Positions 24,346-38,076 of a DNA stretch of 64,000 nt are shown here, in pieces (position 1 is the first letter of the stretch; each line of letters opens with the position of its first letter). The stretch lies in NCBI RefSeq assembly GCF_009914755.1, contig NC_060938.1. One strand, written 5' to 3'. Below the pieces are notes generated by a model that worked only from the letters and a program-made list of their open reading frames with translations, did not search any database and was not told where the DNA came from. The translations under genes were made by a program, and so were the position numbers. The stretch is from the human T2T-CHM13v2.0 reference genome, Homo sapiens.

Positions 24346-26224
24346 ACAACACAGTTAGTGTTATAATCAAGCTCTGTACACAGTGTAGTTAAAATCCAAG
24401 GAAAATATCCTTTAATCCTGCCTTGGAAATTCTGTAAAGGCTCAGTAAGTTCATTAGGTTTGAGATTTTTTTTCTGAGGGATACACATACCAATTGGAAT
24501 GAATAAGGAAGCATATTCTAGGCAAGAGAGACATTTGTAAAAAAAAGAAAACTTAAAATGATAACCAGAGGAAGGCTTCATGTGCTCTTTTATTTTTTAA
24601 GCATAGTGACTCATATATATCTTGTTAAACTAAAACATTACAGAATAATGAAACAAAGTGATTGTTTATTAAGTTGGACATTAACTAGACCTGGACTAGT
24701 GGCAATTAGGATACATTACTCTCCTATTTTCTATTTCTAATGAGCACTGTGGCTATGTGACACAGCATATTTTTCCTTTCTTCTCTTGCCTAATTGCCAT
24801 TTCTCTTATTATGTTCTAATCCAAATTCTGGAGCGAGAAGATTGACTTAGTAATTATTATAATTCTTATAGATTCTAGATTCCTCTATTTTAGTCTCGTT
24901 GATAGCCTACTTCACTACAACCCACTTCCCTACAACCTACAGCCCTGTGTAGAAATCAGTTTCAGAAGAAAATCATCAAAGGTGAAAGAAATTTTAACTG
25001 ACTAGTACAGTAGAGAGGTTTACCTATTTATTTTCACATGCAACCAGATAGTATTTGAATAATGCATATGAGCTTCAGAGATTCACATTGCTTTTTCCAT
25101 TCTGAGATGACTTACAGGTGTTTAATGGATTATTTTTAATATACTGATGAAATGATTTGTACTATCAAAAAAGAAATGAGAATGGAAAAGAATATACATT
25201 AATGTGGGCTTTCTCCTACATTTTACATGCAAATTTACCATCCTATATATTCAGACTATTCTTAACTGACCTTACTAGTGTTATTTAAATGTATGTTAAT
25301 GTCTGCATATTTAAACCATGTTGAGGACTGTAGCTGAGATGAAGAGAATTCTCGGAATATTCCAAATGCATATCAATTAGAGAAGATTAGACTTTACATC
25401 CTTCTAGCTGTGTTGGAGAACACTTACTTTTTTATGTAGAATGTGAATAAAATTACGTAAATAATTATTGTCTTATTTTAATAAAAATACGTTTGCTTAT
25501 AATGCTGACTGTTATTAGTCAGTGTTATAACTTTTTTTGGTAGCATTTGTTCTCTGTTTACTTATTTTTATTTTATTTACCTGGAGACATTAGTTACAAA
25601 CTAATTTTGAATGTAAACAAGATATTGTAGACAGTTCACCACTAATATCATATTGAATCCTGAAGGAGTCATTAAAGAAAAAAAAATCTGATTTCTCTGT
25701 TAAAATATTGCCAATCAATCTTATTTTTATACAAATGCACATAAATTAGACAAATCTTTCAGGGGAACATATATTAATCAATTAATTTGTTCTTGGTTAG
25801 TATTTTTCTCAGACTTCCACCATTTTCTAGACATGGTTTTTAGAAGATGCTATATTGCTACAGCCCCTTGTTTTGTCGCTAGTATTTAATTTACTTACAA
25901 ATTTACTTACAAGTACACCAATGAATCTGATTGCTTATTAGCATCAAAAGTAATCACATTTTAATGAATCAGCAAGAGGGTTTTTGTGCTAATTCTTTCT
26001 TGTTGACCAATTCAATGAAAAAAATATGTGAATGCTTTGAAGTGTACATGTTTCATGAGGTTACTTGTAGTTCAGTTTTAAAGCATGTTAAGAGCACACC
26101 AAAAGGGGCATAGAACTACTTAATCTAGAAGTACTTACATGGCTAATTTATGATTAGGTAATACAGTATAGTTTAGACGATTACTTTAATACCAATTTAT
26201 TTCCGATGTCAAGGGAAGAGTCTA

Positions 26225-26400
26225 AGATGGTTAGGGGAAGAGAACAGTATTTATATGTATTATTTTCTCAGCTCACATTCAACTTTACTTTGTAATTAGC
26301 AGGAAAAGTATGTATCCATTTTGAGCCTTAGATTTCTTCTATAAAATTATATAGCATAATTTATTTCCTAGCTGATTATGAGACCATTCTTTAAGCAAGT
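26225..26400 (+). mobile_element. MIR fragment
   Basis: TGAGCCTTAGATTTCTTCTATAAAAT core-like motif. Confidence 0.45.
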
Positions 26401-28429
26401 AATGAGAAATCCAACCTCTATCTGGTGAGATTTTAAGATTAAAGATATTTTTCATTTGTCACTTTGAATGAAAAGTACACAATAAGAAAAAATAGTGAAT
26501 TGTTTTTGTGTCTAATTTCACAACTCAAAAATTTACCATTAATACCTTTATCTTTTATTTCAATACAAAATTAAAGTTAGGCAAATTAAGCCACTAAAAA
26601 GGCTTAATATTAAAAATGGAGTATTTGTAATAAAAGTAAAAGTTTGCTGTTAGATGGTTTCTCCCCCCAGAAAGTAAATTTGCCTAGCAGAAATTTGTTG
26701 TTACAACTACCTTTTTTTGTTACTAAACTGATTTAAAATAGAGGGTGCAAGTAGTGTGCAAAAACATGCTTCAAATGTGAATAAATTTGACTTTATGTTA
26801 AAGTACAGAGAAAAATATGTATCCACAGAACATAGAGAAGGAAAGGCTGACAATGAAATCCAGATACCAGAATGAAACATACTCTTAATCAGCATCCTCT
26901 AGAAAGCTGCATGAGCCGTGAGCCCAGAAATGCTGCCTGATAGTACTTAAGAAGCAATGAGAGGAAGGAGCCCATGTACTGCAATGTGTCCTTCAGGCTC
27001 AATAGTCTTTTGGATTTCGTTTAGTCTTGTGGCTTCCACACAAACCACAGGGTGGCCTTCCCCTAAACTCGCCTAAGGATTTCAAACTAGCTTTCTTGCT
27101 ATGAATAAAACACAAAATAAAATTTTTAAAAGGTTGAAATGTCTACTGCTGCCAAAGGAACAGCAAATACTCTTTGGCTGTGCTTGTACATAGCAGTAGG
27201 AGAGATCACCATTAATGCAGGAGGATGGTACCTGGGGCACTAGTAGCAATGGACTGTGGTTCATCAAGCACTCTGCAGGATAAGGGCACAGGCCAGCAAC
27301 CAGAGAGAACTGACTCTGTCTCAGCAGCTGTCTGTATCTTGTGGAAATAGTCACTAGTTATTTGCTTACAGATGATATTGAGTTAGTAACATGGAATATA
27401 CTGATACAGAATGAGGATGTGTCCTTAGGCATATTATTCAAACTTGCCCTGTAGCTTGCCCGCCTACTGTCTAAGAAGAGTGAACAAAGAAGGACAAATG
27501 GGGAAAATTATGTCAGAATTACCTTATAACATTTTCAGCCTTTGAAGTTTTGGGGACAATTCAATCTCATATAATCTTCATGCCTAAAATCTAAATACAG
27601 CCAGTAAATTGGATAAAGGAGTTTAAAGAGGTCAACCATGCTGTTTTAATTTTTTTCTAAAAAAAAGCATGATTGTTCTGCTAAAAGTTATTAATATATT
27701 TTTATGAGATCTAAGCCTCAAACTTTTGGAGGTTGTTTTATTACATTATTTCTGTTACAAAATTAGTTCTGGAACTAATTTTTCCCTGATAGGTTTTTGG
27801 TTTTATTTGTTTTTCCCCATTTTGTATAGTAATTGTTAGCATTATATTTGCTATTAGGATTTTTCCAAAAGCCAAAAAAGCTTTCACCAGCCAAATTATC
27901 CCCACTCTCAAAGATAATATTTAAAAATACATGTCTCTTCCCTAACTGAAAGGAAGAAGCTATGTAAATAAAGTTTGAATTTAATGAATCTGAATGTCAG
28001 ATCAAGAATTGAGCTTTTATCAAAGCTACAGAAAACAGTTACTAGATAGGGAGATTTTATTTATTTATTTATTTTTTTTGGTCTGGAAAGGGAAGGATTA
28101 CATTTGATCACACAAGAAGAACTAATTGAATATTCTTCAGAATGACTCTCAAGTAAAACAGTTGTTCAACAATGATAAAAGTGTAAGAATGTTTCAGATC
28201 ATCTTCCTTGGCACTTTATTTTGTCATTTTCTCATTAATTTAAGTAGACACATTTGTAACTCACACTAAGTTATGTATGACTAATCATTTTATATATCAC
28301 TTTAGATATCTAAGACTCTGATTTCTCCTTCATGAACAGCTAGTGAGTATGTCAAAGATGGCTAGATCTTCAAATGGCCATGCATTCACATCTCCAGGAC
28401 CAATCCTTTACCTAGCACTCAATAGCATC

Positions 28430-29100
28430 CTTGTTCTTATCTACCTTCAATACAATGCTCTAAAAGTAGGAAAAGTGATGCTTTAGAAATATAAGTAAAA
28501 GGCAAGGCACGGTGGCTCACGCCTGCAATCCCAGTACTTTGGGAGTCTGAGGCGGGTGGATCATGAGGTCAGGAGATTGAGACCATCCTAGCCAACATGG
28601 TGAAACCTCGTCTCTACTAAAATACAAGAAAAAAAAAATTAGCTGGGCATGGTGGCGCGTGCTTGTAGTCCCAGCTACTCAGAAGGCTGAGACAGGGGAA
28701 TCACTTGAACCCAGGAGGTGGAGGTTGCAATGAGCTGGGATAGCAACACTGTCAAAAAAAAAAAAAAAAGAAAAAAGAAAAATATAAGTAGGATCATGCT
28801 GCTGCCACTACTGCTATGCCCTTTAGCCCAGACTGAAATACCTGAAAAGTCTGCAATGCTCCTAGGATGAAATGACAAATCTTAATATCTTGTGTATAGC
28901 TTTGCAGGATCGGGCCACCCTTTTCCTTTCCACCTTGTTCCTCACACATGCAAACTCACCTCCAGTGCCCTGTATGCTGTTCCCTCTGTCTGGAATGCTC
29001 TGTCTTCCTTTATCTAATTAATTTCTACACTTTTCTCTGATTTTTGCAACATTATAACTTCCTCATCTCCATGATCAGGTTAATATTTCCCAGGTTATGC
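28430..29100 (+). mobile_element. L2 fragment interrupted by an Alu
   Basis: GCTGTTCCCTCTGTCTGGAATGCTCT and upstream L2-like motifs on both sides of the Alu. Confidence 0.55.
28501..28780 (+). mobile_element. AluSc-like with ~30 bp deleted before the tail
   Basis: GGATCATGAGGTCAGGAGATTGAGACCATCC. The right arm jumps from CACTG to TC(A)n. TSD AAATATAAGTA. Confidence 0.92.
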
Positions 29101-30564
29101 TTTTATAAACCACATAGAAGCAACAGCTGCAATTTTCCTTTTTTTTTTCTTTTGCAATTCTTTTGCCCGCCTAATTAAGCAGATTTATTTTTTACTTCTA
29201 GTGTTTCTCAGGTTCAAGTAGTCTGCTCATTACTTTTTTAATGAATAGAGCTACATATTTATTTTTCTTCTTTCTTTGATTTCACGAAAAAATGGACTTT
29301 ACCATCTTCATTTAAAAATAATTTAATTTCCTGAAAACAGCTCTCAGTGTTTCTAAATTAGAATGTAGGTAAACGAAAATTGATGGTTTCTTGATCGTCT
29401 TGTTTTTATAAACAATTTTGATTTTAAAATATTCAATGCTTGGTAGGTCAGATTTTGACCCATTTAGAATATTAATATACAAATTAGCCTTCTTGGGCTA
29501 AATAGTCTTGGTAAGATTGTCTTCACATATCCTGTAACTCCATATGTAAATATATTATTATTCACAATTAAGACTTGTTTTCTCACTGCGGCTGTTTCAT
29601 CACAACTTATTCTTGAGCTTGTAGGCTATGTCCTTTAGAATCTAAGTAAAATAATTCAATTTTTAATTCTATTTATGTCTAGTTCTTGTATTTTGTTTCT
29701 TTAACCTTTAAGGTTGTCACTTTCATTTTTTTTAAGCATTTTCTTTCTCTTTGTATTTAATGGTTTTCTCACATAGATGAATAGCCTTAATTCGCATTTA
29801 CAGGTTTTTCAATGTGTATAAACGGCTGTCATAGATTATGTTTCCATTTATGATCTGATATTTTTTTAAATAAGGTTTCTTATTTTCTGCTCACAAAGTC
29901 CCTTAATGCTCTTCATTTCTAGATAAAAATTACCTTTTCTTCCCCTATTCCATATTTTTATTTTAAATTACCAAAGAGAAATAATCTGGCTCTTATTTCT
30001 TTCATGCCACATCTTCAATAAAGCACTGAACACTCTCCAAAGACAAATATTCATTTTACTTTAAAAAACTCAGGCTTTAGTTGACAAATGCTATTGTGCA
30101 AGCGTTGGTATATGGGTTAAATGCCAAAAGAATAATATACACAACTCTTAAATTTAATAGATTTAGAGTCCACTCTGTCTCTTAACCCACTCTGGGTTTT
30201 GATACTCTCAGAGTTCATAGAAGAATAAATTCTCCCAATACCACTGTAGCCTTTTTTAGCGCATTTGTTGAGTTATTTTTTTATCCTACTATAAATTATC
30301 TTTAAATACTATCTCATTTTGTTTTCCAGAAAATGTACTCTTACTATAATGGAGTTTTTTGAGAAGTGAATTGTAAACACCCCATTTTTTCAAAACTAGA
30401 AAGAAATCTCTCTTCTCACATATGAGTGTTATTATATTTTTTGCTTGTTATTTGGATGGCTATGTAGGCAGCAGCCTGGAAGTCTATACTTCCGGAGCTT
30501 GTAATGTTTTTTTCAGCTATTATTCCTTTAATGTCCCAGCAGAAGAGAAGAGATAGACTACATC

Positions 30565-30705
30565 ACAACAAAATCTGTGAAAAAATATGGCTCAAAATGT
30601 TTGTAAATTGGTAGGAAACAGCCTACTAATCCAAAATGTCCAGCAAAGCCCAAGCAAGTAAAATCAAAGAAAGCTATGGAAAGGTACACCATCATTAAAC
30701 TGTTA
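30565..30705 (+). mobile_element. L1M ORF1 fragment
   Basis: Degenerate match to IMAENFPNL...AQ.TP.RIN...RHIIIKL (ATGGCTCAAAATGTTTGTAAATTGG...CACCATCATTAAACTG). Confidence 0.5.
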
Positions 30706-31200
30706 GGGCCAAAGCATCTTAATACAAAATAAACTTATGTTAGTCTTTCCAATCATTTTCTACTGCTTGTCGTTAGTATTAAAGGAGGGAAATTACAAAT
30801 TGCCTACTCTTAAATTCAAAAAGAGTGTCTGATAAATACTTCGTGACAATTTATGGCACATATTCTCAATTTCCTTCTAGTTTGTGCTGCTTTTTAGAAC
30901 TCTCGTTAACCACTTAAATTTTACTGAAGCTACAGGTCAGGTAACAACAGCATGTTGGCTGCATCCTCTATACAGAACTTCTTCACTGTTTCTTGCACCA
31001 GATAGTATTGCATTTCTCTGTTACTTACCTCAATGTTTATAATTGCATAACAGTATAACATGTAAAACAAAATTTTGCCCAAAGCACATTGACCATTTTC
31101 TTATCGCTCTGTGTGCCTTTATCATTTTACCCAAATCTTTGTACCCTTTCCATCTATTCTATTAGCATCTTTTATTTATCTGTTTCCAAAGAGCCTTTGA

Positions 31201-31502
31201 GGCCATGCGCAGTGGCTCATGTCTGTAATCCCAGCAATTTGGGAGGCCAAGGTGGCGGATTACTTGAGGTCAAGAGTTTGAGACCAGCCTGGCCAACATT
31301 GTGAAACCCCATCTCTACTAAAAAATACAAAAATTACCAAGGCATGGTTGCAGGCTCCTGTAATCCCAGCTACTCGGGAGGCTGAGGCAGGAGAATCGCT
31401 TGACCTTGGGAGGCGGAGGTTGTAATGAACCGAAATGCCATCACTACACTATAGCCTGGGTGACAGAGTGAGACTCCATCTCAATTAAAAAAAAACAAAA
31501 AC
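31201..31502 (+). mobile_element. AluSx/Sz
   Basis: Full dimer with GGATTACTTGAGGTCAAGAGTTTGAGACCAGCCTGGCC. Confidence 0.93.
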
Positions 31503-32881
31503 AACCTACTATTAAGAATAAATAAATCAAAAAAGAAAGAGTTCAAATAACTATATGAAATTAATTGTTCACCTATAGGTTGTTAGTTCACCTAAATCCA
31601 TAGAGGAACCATGAACCATAAGCCCACTGATGTTAAATGAACTTCCTGAATGCAGACACTAACTCATTCATTATCTGCTTCTCCTCCTCTTTAAGATTGT
31701 AAAGATTACAAACAACCCTAAAATCATCTTAATTACTGACTTTTAAAAAAGTGTATTTGGCAATTTTTCTCTCAGTGTTTTCTGATGTCCTTGGTTCTAT
31801 GTGATTCACCTTTCTCCTTGAGTTTACTCCTGTTGGCTTTTCCATCCAAGTCATTTTGCCCCATTTCCGGTTTATAACTAACATAACTTTCCTATTTTTC
31901 TGAATATTAATCACTTTCTTTCTGAAATTTCATCAAACATTCTTTGAACCAGCAAGCCGACTCCATAATGTGAGAGTGGGTAAATTGACTATCTCTAGAC
32001 AGGAAAAATTCATATTATAGTACAAAAACACAGAGAACATTATGACAAATATTAAGGAGAACAATGAATGATGCAGCATTTTATGGCAGGTGTATGATCT
32101 ACTAAAGTACTACCTCATGCTTTTTTCTTGACTTGCACTTCATCACAAATCAGAGCTTAATAATTTATCATATTTAAGTAGAAGGTTCAAACTATATTTA
32201 GATCTACTGATGCAGTCTGAAAGGTAGCAACATTAGAACTATCCTCCATGAGTAATTTGGGCCCTGTCATTTCTCTACTGGTCTATAAAAAAATGTGCCA
32301 AATTATTAGTCATTAACTCTATTTTCTGCAGAGATATGGTGGCTGACTTCAGGAGAAATGCAAATACAAGCTACAGCCACTACATCGGATTTGACAAGAG
32401 GAAAATCCACAGCTATATGACTTTGGACGTCTGCCATAAGCAATCTTGTATAAATAACTCTGAACTTAGGATATATGGGCACATTGAAATTCAAATTAGG
32501 GCTTGAGAGCTCCAAGGTTCATTTAAACACCCCAGGATGAAACATGGTTAGCAGTGCTCCAGTCCTCTAACATAGATGATTCTGCCTGTCTATATGCACT
32601 TTAACCCTAAAGTAGCTGCTTATTCTGCATATTAAGATTGTGTGGAGTTTAAAAAAATATTTAAAGGAAAACAATAATAAATGAGTTATTGATAATGGAA
32701 AATATTTTTCCACAAAAAATCATTAGACAAAAATTCTACAACATAGAGGCATAGTAATTAAATACTTAATGACAAAAATAACATTTCGTTGACTCTTATT
32801 TGTTACATACACCAGCAATTTACAATGTTTGTTAAAAATGAAAAGAAAAAAGAATACGTCAGCTGTATTAAGAATCATAGA

Positions 32882-32996
32882 TAAGGTGGCCATATAATTT
32901 ATTGTCCAAACCAGAACACTTTGGAGATCATGAGAATTACTTTAGGATAACTCATAAGCTAGATATGTCCTGAGCAAATCAGAACATGGTCACCAT
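32882..32996 (+). mobile_element. MER94 (hAT-Blackjack MITE)
   Basis: TAAGGTGGCCATATAATTTATTGTCCAAACCAGAACACTTT...ATGGTCACC terminal inverted repeats. Confidence 0.75.
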
Positions 32997-33411
32997 GAAT
33001 TTTGGAGGATGCGTACCTATTGAGTTCTCTTTTTGAAAGTAACAAATGTTACATTCACTGGGGATTAACCTATATAAGCAATCCCCCTATTCTCACAAAT
33101 AGATCAGAGTGTTTAAAAAAACAATATGTATCCATGTCATTTGCAGTGATTCAGCCTTATGAAGTTGTTCTAAATACTTCTCATTTTCTGTGGCTTTTAA
33201 AGAACATTTGGCAATTATTTCTTTCTTTCTAAAGGTAATTTTTTATTTAGATTTCATCCAAGTAATGAGGACAAAGATCATATTTTCTATAAGTTTAGTT
33301 TGGATGCAAATCATTGTATTTTTATGGAATTAAGAATGGTATATTTTGTTAATTAATAAAATATTTTCTGGCTACTTCTCTCAAATATTTCTAATGTTCA
33401 ACAAACATCAA

Positions 33412-34029
33412 TGATGCAGGATTTTTCTCAGTCCCTTTGCCAGTGGGGACCTCTGCCTTGCTTGGGGCATGCTACCTGCCACAGGAGGTGTCCTGCCCAA
33501 TTGGCCGGCACAGGCTGAGTCTGACTTGCACACTGCTTCCCATGTTCTTGTCTCATGAACAAGAAAAATGAGAATGCACTGAACCTTGAAGGGTGAGGAG
33601 GGCAGAGAAGAATTTTATTGAGTGATCAAACAGCTTTCAGCAGAGAGACGATGCAGGAGTGGTCCCCCTAACTGAAGGCAGGAAAGCACCCCATGTGGCC
33701 AGGTACAGGGCCTTTTATGGACTCAGAATGGTGAATGTGTGCTAAGTGGTTTGTGAGTACGCAAAAAAGGTTAAAGTGAAGACACCACTCAAAGGTGGCC
33801 AGAACAGTGTAGAAAACCTATTAGGAAAGGGTAGGTATATATAAAATAGGTGAAGGGTGTGATCAGTCAGGAAACCATGTCAAACAGGTAAACAAGTTCT
33901 TAATCTGGTCAGAGGATTTAACCTGTAGCTTGGCTTTTGAGCTTTAAACTGTCTGGCTTGGAAGTGGGGTTTCACAGGGACCCGGCCCTATCTGCCTAGG
34001 CATTTGGCTGTCTCCTGCCACTATTATCA
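33412..34029 (-). mobile_element. MER52-family ERV1 solo LTR, shortened
   Basis: The reverse complement begins TGATAATAGTGGCAGGAGACAGCCAAATGCCTAGGCAGATAGGG...GAAACCCCAC. TG...CA ends with an imperfect 4 bp TSD TCAA/TCAC. Confidence 0.75.
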
Positions 34030-34463
34030 TCACTGTGGTGATTACTAGTGTGGTTAGTAATTCATAGTGTTACATTGGGGTTTTTAATTTAAAATCACAC
34101 GTTTATTATTTTCCCTCCCTTATAATTACTACAAGTACAGGCTGAAGGTTTATATTTCACTGGAAAAATCAATCTGGCTGCCATACATTTGAATACATAA
34201 CATTATTCAATTGATACAGTGGTGCAGAGTAGATGTTTAACATTTAGAGTGGCTTCCTATAGCCCTGTTCATACAGTCTTCATAGTTTTTAAAGAATGGA
34301 GCCAAAATAAATTTTCGAGCTCATTTATCCAAGTTAATCTTCATCATAATACCCAAAATTCCTGGAGATGCTTGATTATACATTTAGATTCATTGAAATT
34401 TGATTTCATGTTACAGGTGAAAAAATGATTGTTTTTGACCCAAGAGTAAAAAAAGAGAACTGG

Positions 34464-34490
34464 ATTATTATTATTATTATTATTATTATT
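34464..34490. repeat. (ATT)9 microsatellite
   Basis: Directly visible. Confidence 0.9.
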
Positions 34491-35532
34491 GCACCTCATA
34501 AGTATATGGTATCCTTGAGTCTTCAATTCTTCTTCAAACCCAATTCTTTAACAGGGTTTAGTTTGCATAACACATATTGCAGCTCATTATGATTCTGTTG
34601 GCCACTTGCAAAGTAGTGGCTATTTGGGGTCTAATTACATAATTATGTGACTACTCATTCAGTTTCAATATTTGTTCCTGGGAAATAATTTATAAGAAAA
34701 GATTCTCACTTCTTATTTTAAGAGTCTGGAAAGTTTTACTTGCTTGCCAATGCCTATATTTTAAGTTCACATCTTTATTCTCTTCAAATTTATGTAACTT
34801 TTTTGTTATTTGATATGTGATTTTTGCCCACAAGATATCTTTTATGCCTTACCCTATGCCTGAAAATTTTCCTTAAATTATGGCATTATTCTCAATATTG
34901 TCTTTCATCCCAGATCAATCTAATTGTGGGAAAAATAATTTACTTCAAAATGATTCTAAGAAACTTCCACGTTGTTGAATAATTTACCATTTCTTATTCT
35001 AAATATAAAATGGCTGTTTTTTTAGTCAATTCTTTTATAATTGTTTTGTGATTTATATCAAAATCTGTCTTTAAAAATTTCTGAGAATGAAAAAAGTATT
35101 TTCAACTTGCTTTAGACAATACCATGAGGAGTAATAAGTGCAATTTTGATGTTTAAATAAACTTTGGGTTCATCAAAATAATCTGTACCCTGAGGAATGT
35201 ACTATCACCGTAAAGGTTTTTTTTTCTTAGTTGCTTGATCGTTATAAAAGTTGCTTAATAGCCAAATATTTTAAAAAAATTCCAAATGTATCAAGTTATT
35301 ACTATTGTTTTTTATTGAACAAATTGTTTTATGAAGTGCCTGTATTATAATTTCCTAGAATTTTTAAATTAAGCTTACTCTTTAAAAAACTGCTCAGTAG
35401 TTTAGTAAACCAAGACAAGATACTTTACAACATAAAGTGATACTACAACTTTATGTTGGGAGAGTAGGCTTAAAAGCAGAGGGTGGACAAAACTTCTAAA
35501 GTTATTACATTTCAGCTGGAAAAAAGTTAATT

Positions 35533-35826
35533 GGGCACGGTGTCTCATGCCTGTAATCCCAGCACTTTGGGAGGCCAAGGCAGGCGGGTCACGAGGTCAG
35601 GAGTTTGAGACCAGCCTGGCCAGTATGGTGAAACCCTGTCTCTACTAAAAAATTTAAAAATTAGCTGGGCGTGGTGGTGCACGCCTGTAGTCCCAGTTAC
35701 TCAGGAGGCTGAGGCAGGAGAACCGCTTGAACCCAGGAGGTGGAGGTTGCAGTGAGCCGAGACTGCGCCATTGTACTTCAGCCTAGGTGAAGAAGCGAGA
35801 CTCCATCCCCCCAAAAAAAAAAAAAA
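35533..35826 (+). mobile_element. AluSg-like
   Basis: GTCACGAGGTCAGGAGTTTGAGACCAGCC. TSD AAAAA(G/A)TTAATTGG. Confidence 0.93.
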
Positions 35827-36638
35827 TTAATTGGTTAATTGGTGACTTTGGTGACCTAAAAGACTGTAACGAGAGTAGTGTCTAATGCACCTGTTGAATT
35901 ATATCAAAAATGTTTTATTTCTCAGAAGAGAGGTTTTAGTTCTTCACATCATTTATGCATGTACTGTACTCCCATTGAAAATTAAAGTAGTTATGCTATA
36001 CTCCAGTGGTGTAAGGTTGTTCATGTACTTGCCAGAAGAGATGATACATAGTCACCTGTTCAGATGTCTTTGTCTATAGAGAGCTCTCTGCCTATGTGTG
36101 ATATTTCACATCTTGGCTCACACTTATAAATGCAAATCCAACACTAAGGGACATTACAAATTTATGGCACACTGGGGATCTGTTAATCCTGTGGACAAGA
36201 ATTAAGCTTCTTCATGTATTCATCCTTTTAATGAGAAAAAAGTGATACAATAGAAAATATGAGGGTGTAACTTAAAGCAATTTCTATGTAGTTTAATTCC
36301 ATTTTTAAATGAAATTCTAATACCCATTTTATTTTAGTTTTATCTCTCCATATTCGACATGATATCTAGAAATAATTTTATTTAATCAATGAAAACAGAT
36401 AAATTGCTTCATTTACCAGCTGTATGGCAATAGCCAAGGGGTGGATTAAGTGATGTACTAATGATGCTAATGCCAATTATAGAATTACCTTCTTAAAAAT
36501 ATATTAATTAAATTGCAATGTCTCCCTTTGTTCACTTTGACTGACATTTTTGGAAGTTTGGAAATCTTGGTTTGGTAGTTAAGTAGAATCCCATCAGGCA
36601 GAGTACAGGGAAGTTGAAATGCAGGAGAATTACTTTGA

Positions 36639-36750
36639 TTCAAATAACTATTTGTTATTAAACTATTCAACAATTATTATTCAATATAACTCCAAATTAT
36701 TAAACTATATTAATTATTCAAATAACTGCAATTATTAAACTATAACTATA
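36639..36750. repeat. AT-rich imperfect tandem repeat, three ~35-40 bp units
   Basis: TTCAAATAACT...TTATTAAACTAT recurs three times. Confidence 0.7.
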
Positions 36751-36841
36751 ATCATACTATTCATAGTTATATTTTTTCTTTAAAATATCCATCTAGTATG
36801 TGGCAAGACAGTATCTGCTTGTATAATTGTATTTACACCAT

Positions 36842-37175
36842 TGCTATGATTTAAATGTTTGTGTCCTCCCAAATTCACACATTGAAATGTTAACTCCTAA
36901 CTCATTTCATTTCACACATTGAAATGAAATGAAACTGCTCCTAATGGTAGCAGGAGGTGAAATCTTTAGGAGGTGATTGGGTTTTGAGAGCTTAGGGCTC
37001 TTGAATGAGATTAGGGTAGTTTTAATACAAGCCCAAGAGAGATCCCTCACCCCTTCCACCATGTGAGGTTAGAGTGATAAGCTGGCAGTTAATGAAGAAG
37101 TGGGCCCTCATAAGACACTGAATCTGCCAGTGCATTAATCTTGCATTTCTCAGCCTTTAGAATTACAAGAAATAT
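36842..37175 (+). mobile_element. MLT1A-type LTR, 3'-truncated
   Basis: TGCTATGATTTAAATGTTTGTGTCCTCCCAAATTCA...GACACTGAATCTGCCAGTGC...AGAAATA. Confidence 0.8.
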
Positions 37176-37189
37176 TATTTTTTCCTACT

Positions 37190-38048
37190 AGGTGATCCCT
37201 TGATGTGGTGCTCTTCCCCTTTCCCTAGGGTTGGGACTTCTGTGAGCCAGACTGCAGTGATTTGTTATTGCTCTTCTGGGTCTAGCTACCCAGTGGAGCT
37301 ACTAGGCTCCAGGCTTGTGCTGGGGAATGTTTGCAAAGAGTCCTGTGATGCAATCTGTCTTCAGGTCTCCCACCTGTGGATACCAGCACCTGCTTTGGTG
37401 GAGGTGGCAGAGTAGTGAAGTAAAGTCTGAGAGAGCCCTTGCTTGTAGTTTTGTTTACTGTGATGGCTTTCTGGAATGCTGGTTATGCTAGCAGTGAAGT
37501 TGTCACGTGGAGGCACTCAGGACCTCTGGTTAGCCAGGCAGGGGAATTAGCTGTTGTTTTCTCCTTCCTGGGATCAGGGTTATTCTGTCATAAGTTACTG
37601 TAATGGCTTGAGTTGGTTGGCCAACAATGAGGTGGTGGTGGTTTCAAGAGAGCACCAGTTGTGATAGTAGTAGGGGGATCTAAGCTTGTGCTAAGTTGGC
37701 CAGTGTATTTTTGTTCCTCAGGCTATGGGCAGGGCCATAAAGCTCCCAAGAATTTCTGTCTTTTGTGTTTCTATCTTTTATGTATCTTTTGTGTACCCAC
37801 ACTGCCAGCGTGGGTAGAGAAATACAAACAGGTAGGGGCAGAGTTAGACTGGTCTTGGCTCAGACTCACCTTGGGCGGGGCTTGCTGCAGCCATTGTGGT
37901 GGATGGTGGTGGTTCTCAGGACAATGAGGTTATGTTCTAGAGGGGATTTTCGTTGCCTCTACTGTATTATATAGTTGGCCAGGAAAGTTGGAGATAGCTG
38001 GTGGCAAGAGGCCTCAACCAGGTCCCACACAGTTGGCAAGGTCAGTGT
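37190..38048 (-). mobile_element. L1PB-type 5'UTR fragment
   Basis: GTGATCCCTTGATGTGGTGCTCT...GAGCCAGACTGCAGTGAT...CTGGGTCTAGCTACCCAGTGGAGCTAC is the recalled antisense L1PB 5' region. Confidence 0.7.
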
Positions 38049-38076
38049 CATAAAGGTTCATGTTAACATAAAGGTT

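Noticed and set aside
36639-36750. Short repeated units as a possible CRISPR-like array
   Set aside because: Eukaryotic context, degenerate units, no unique spacers and no cas genes.
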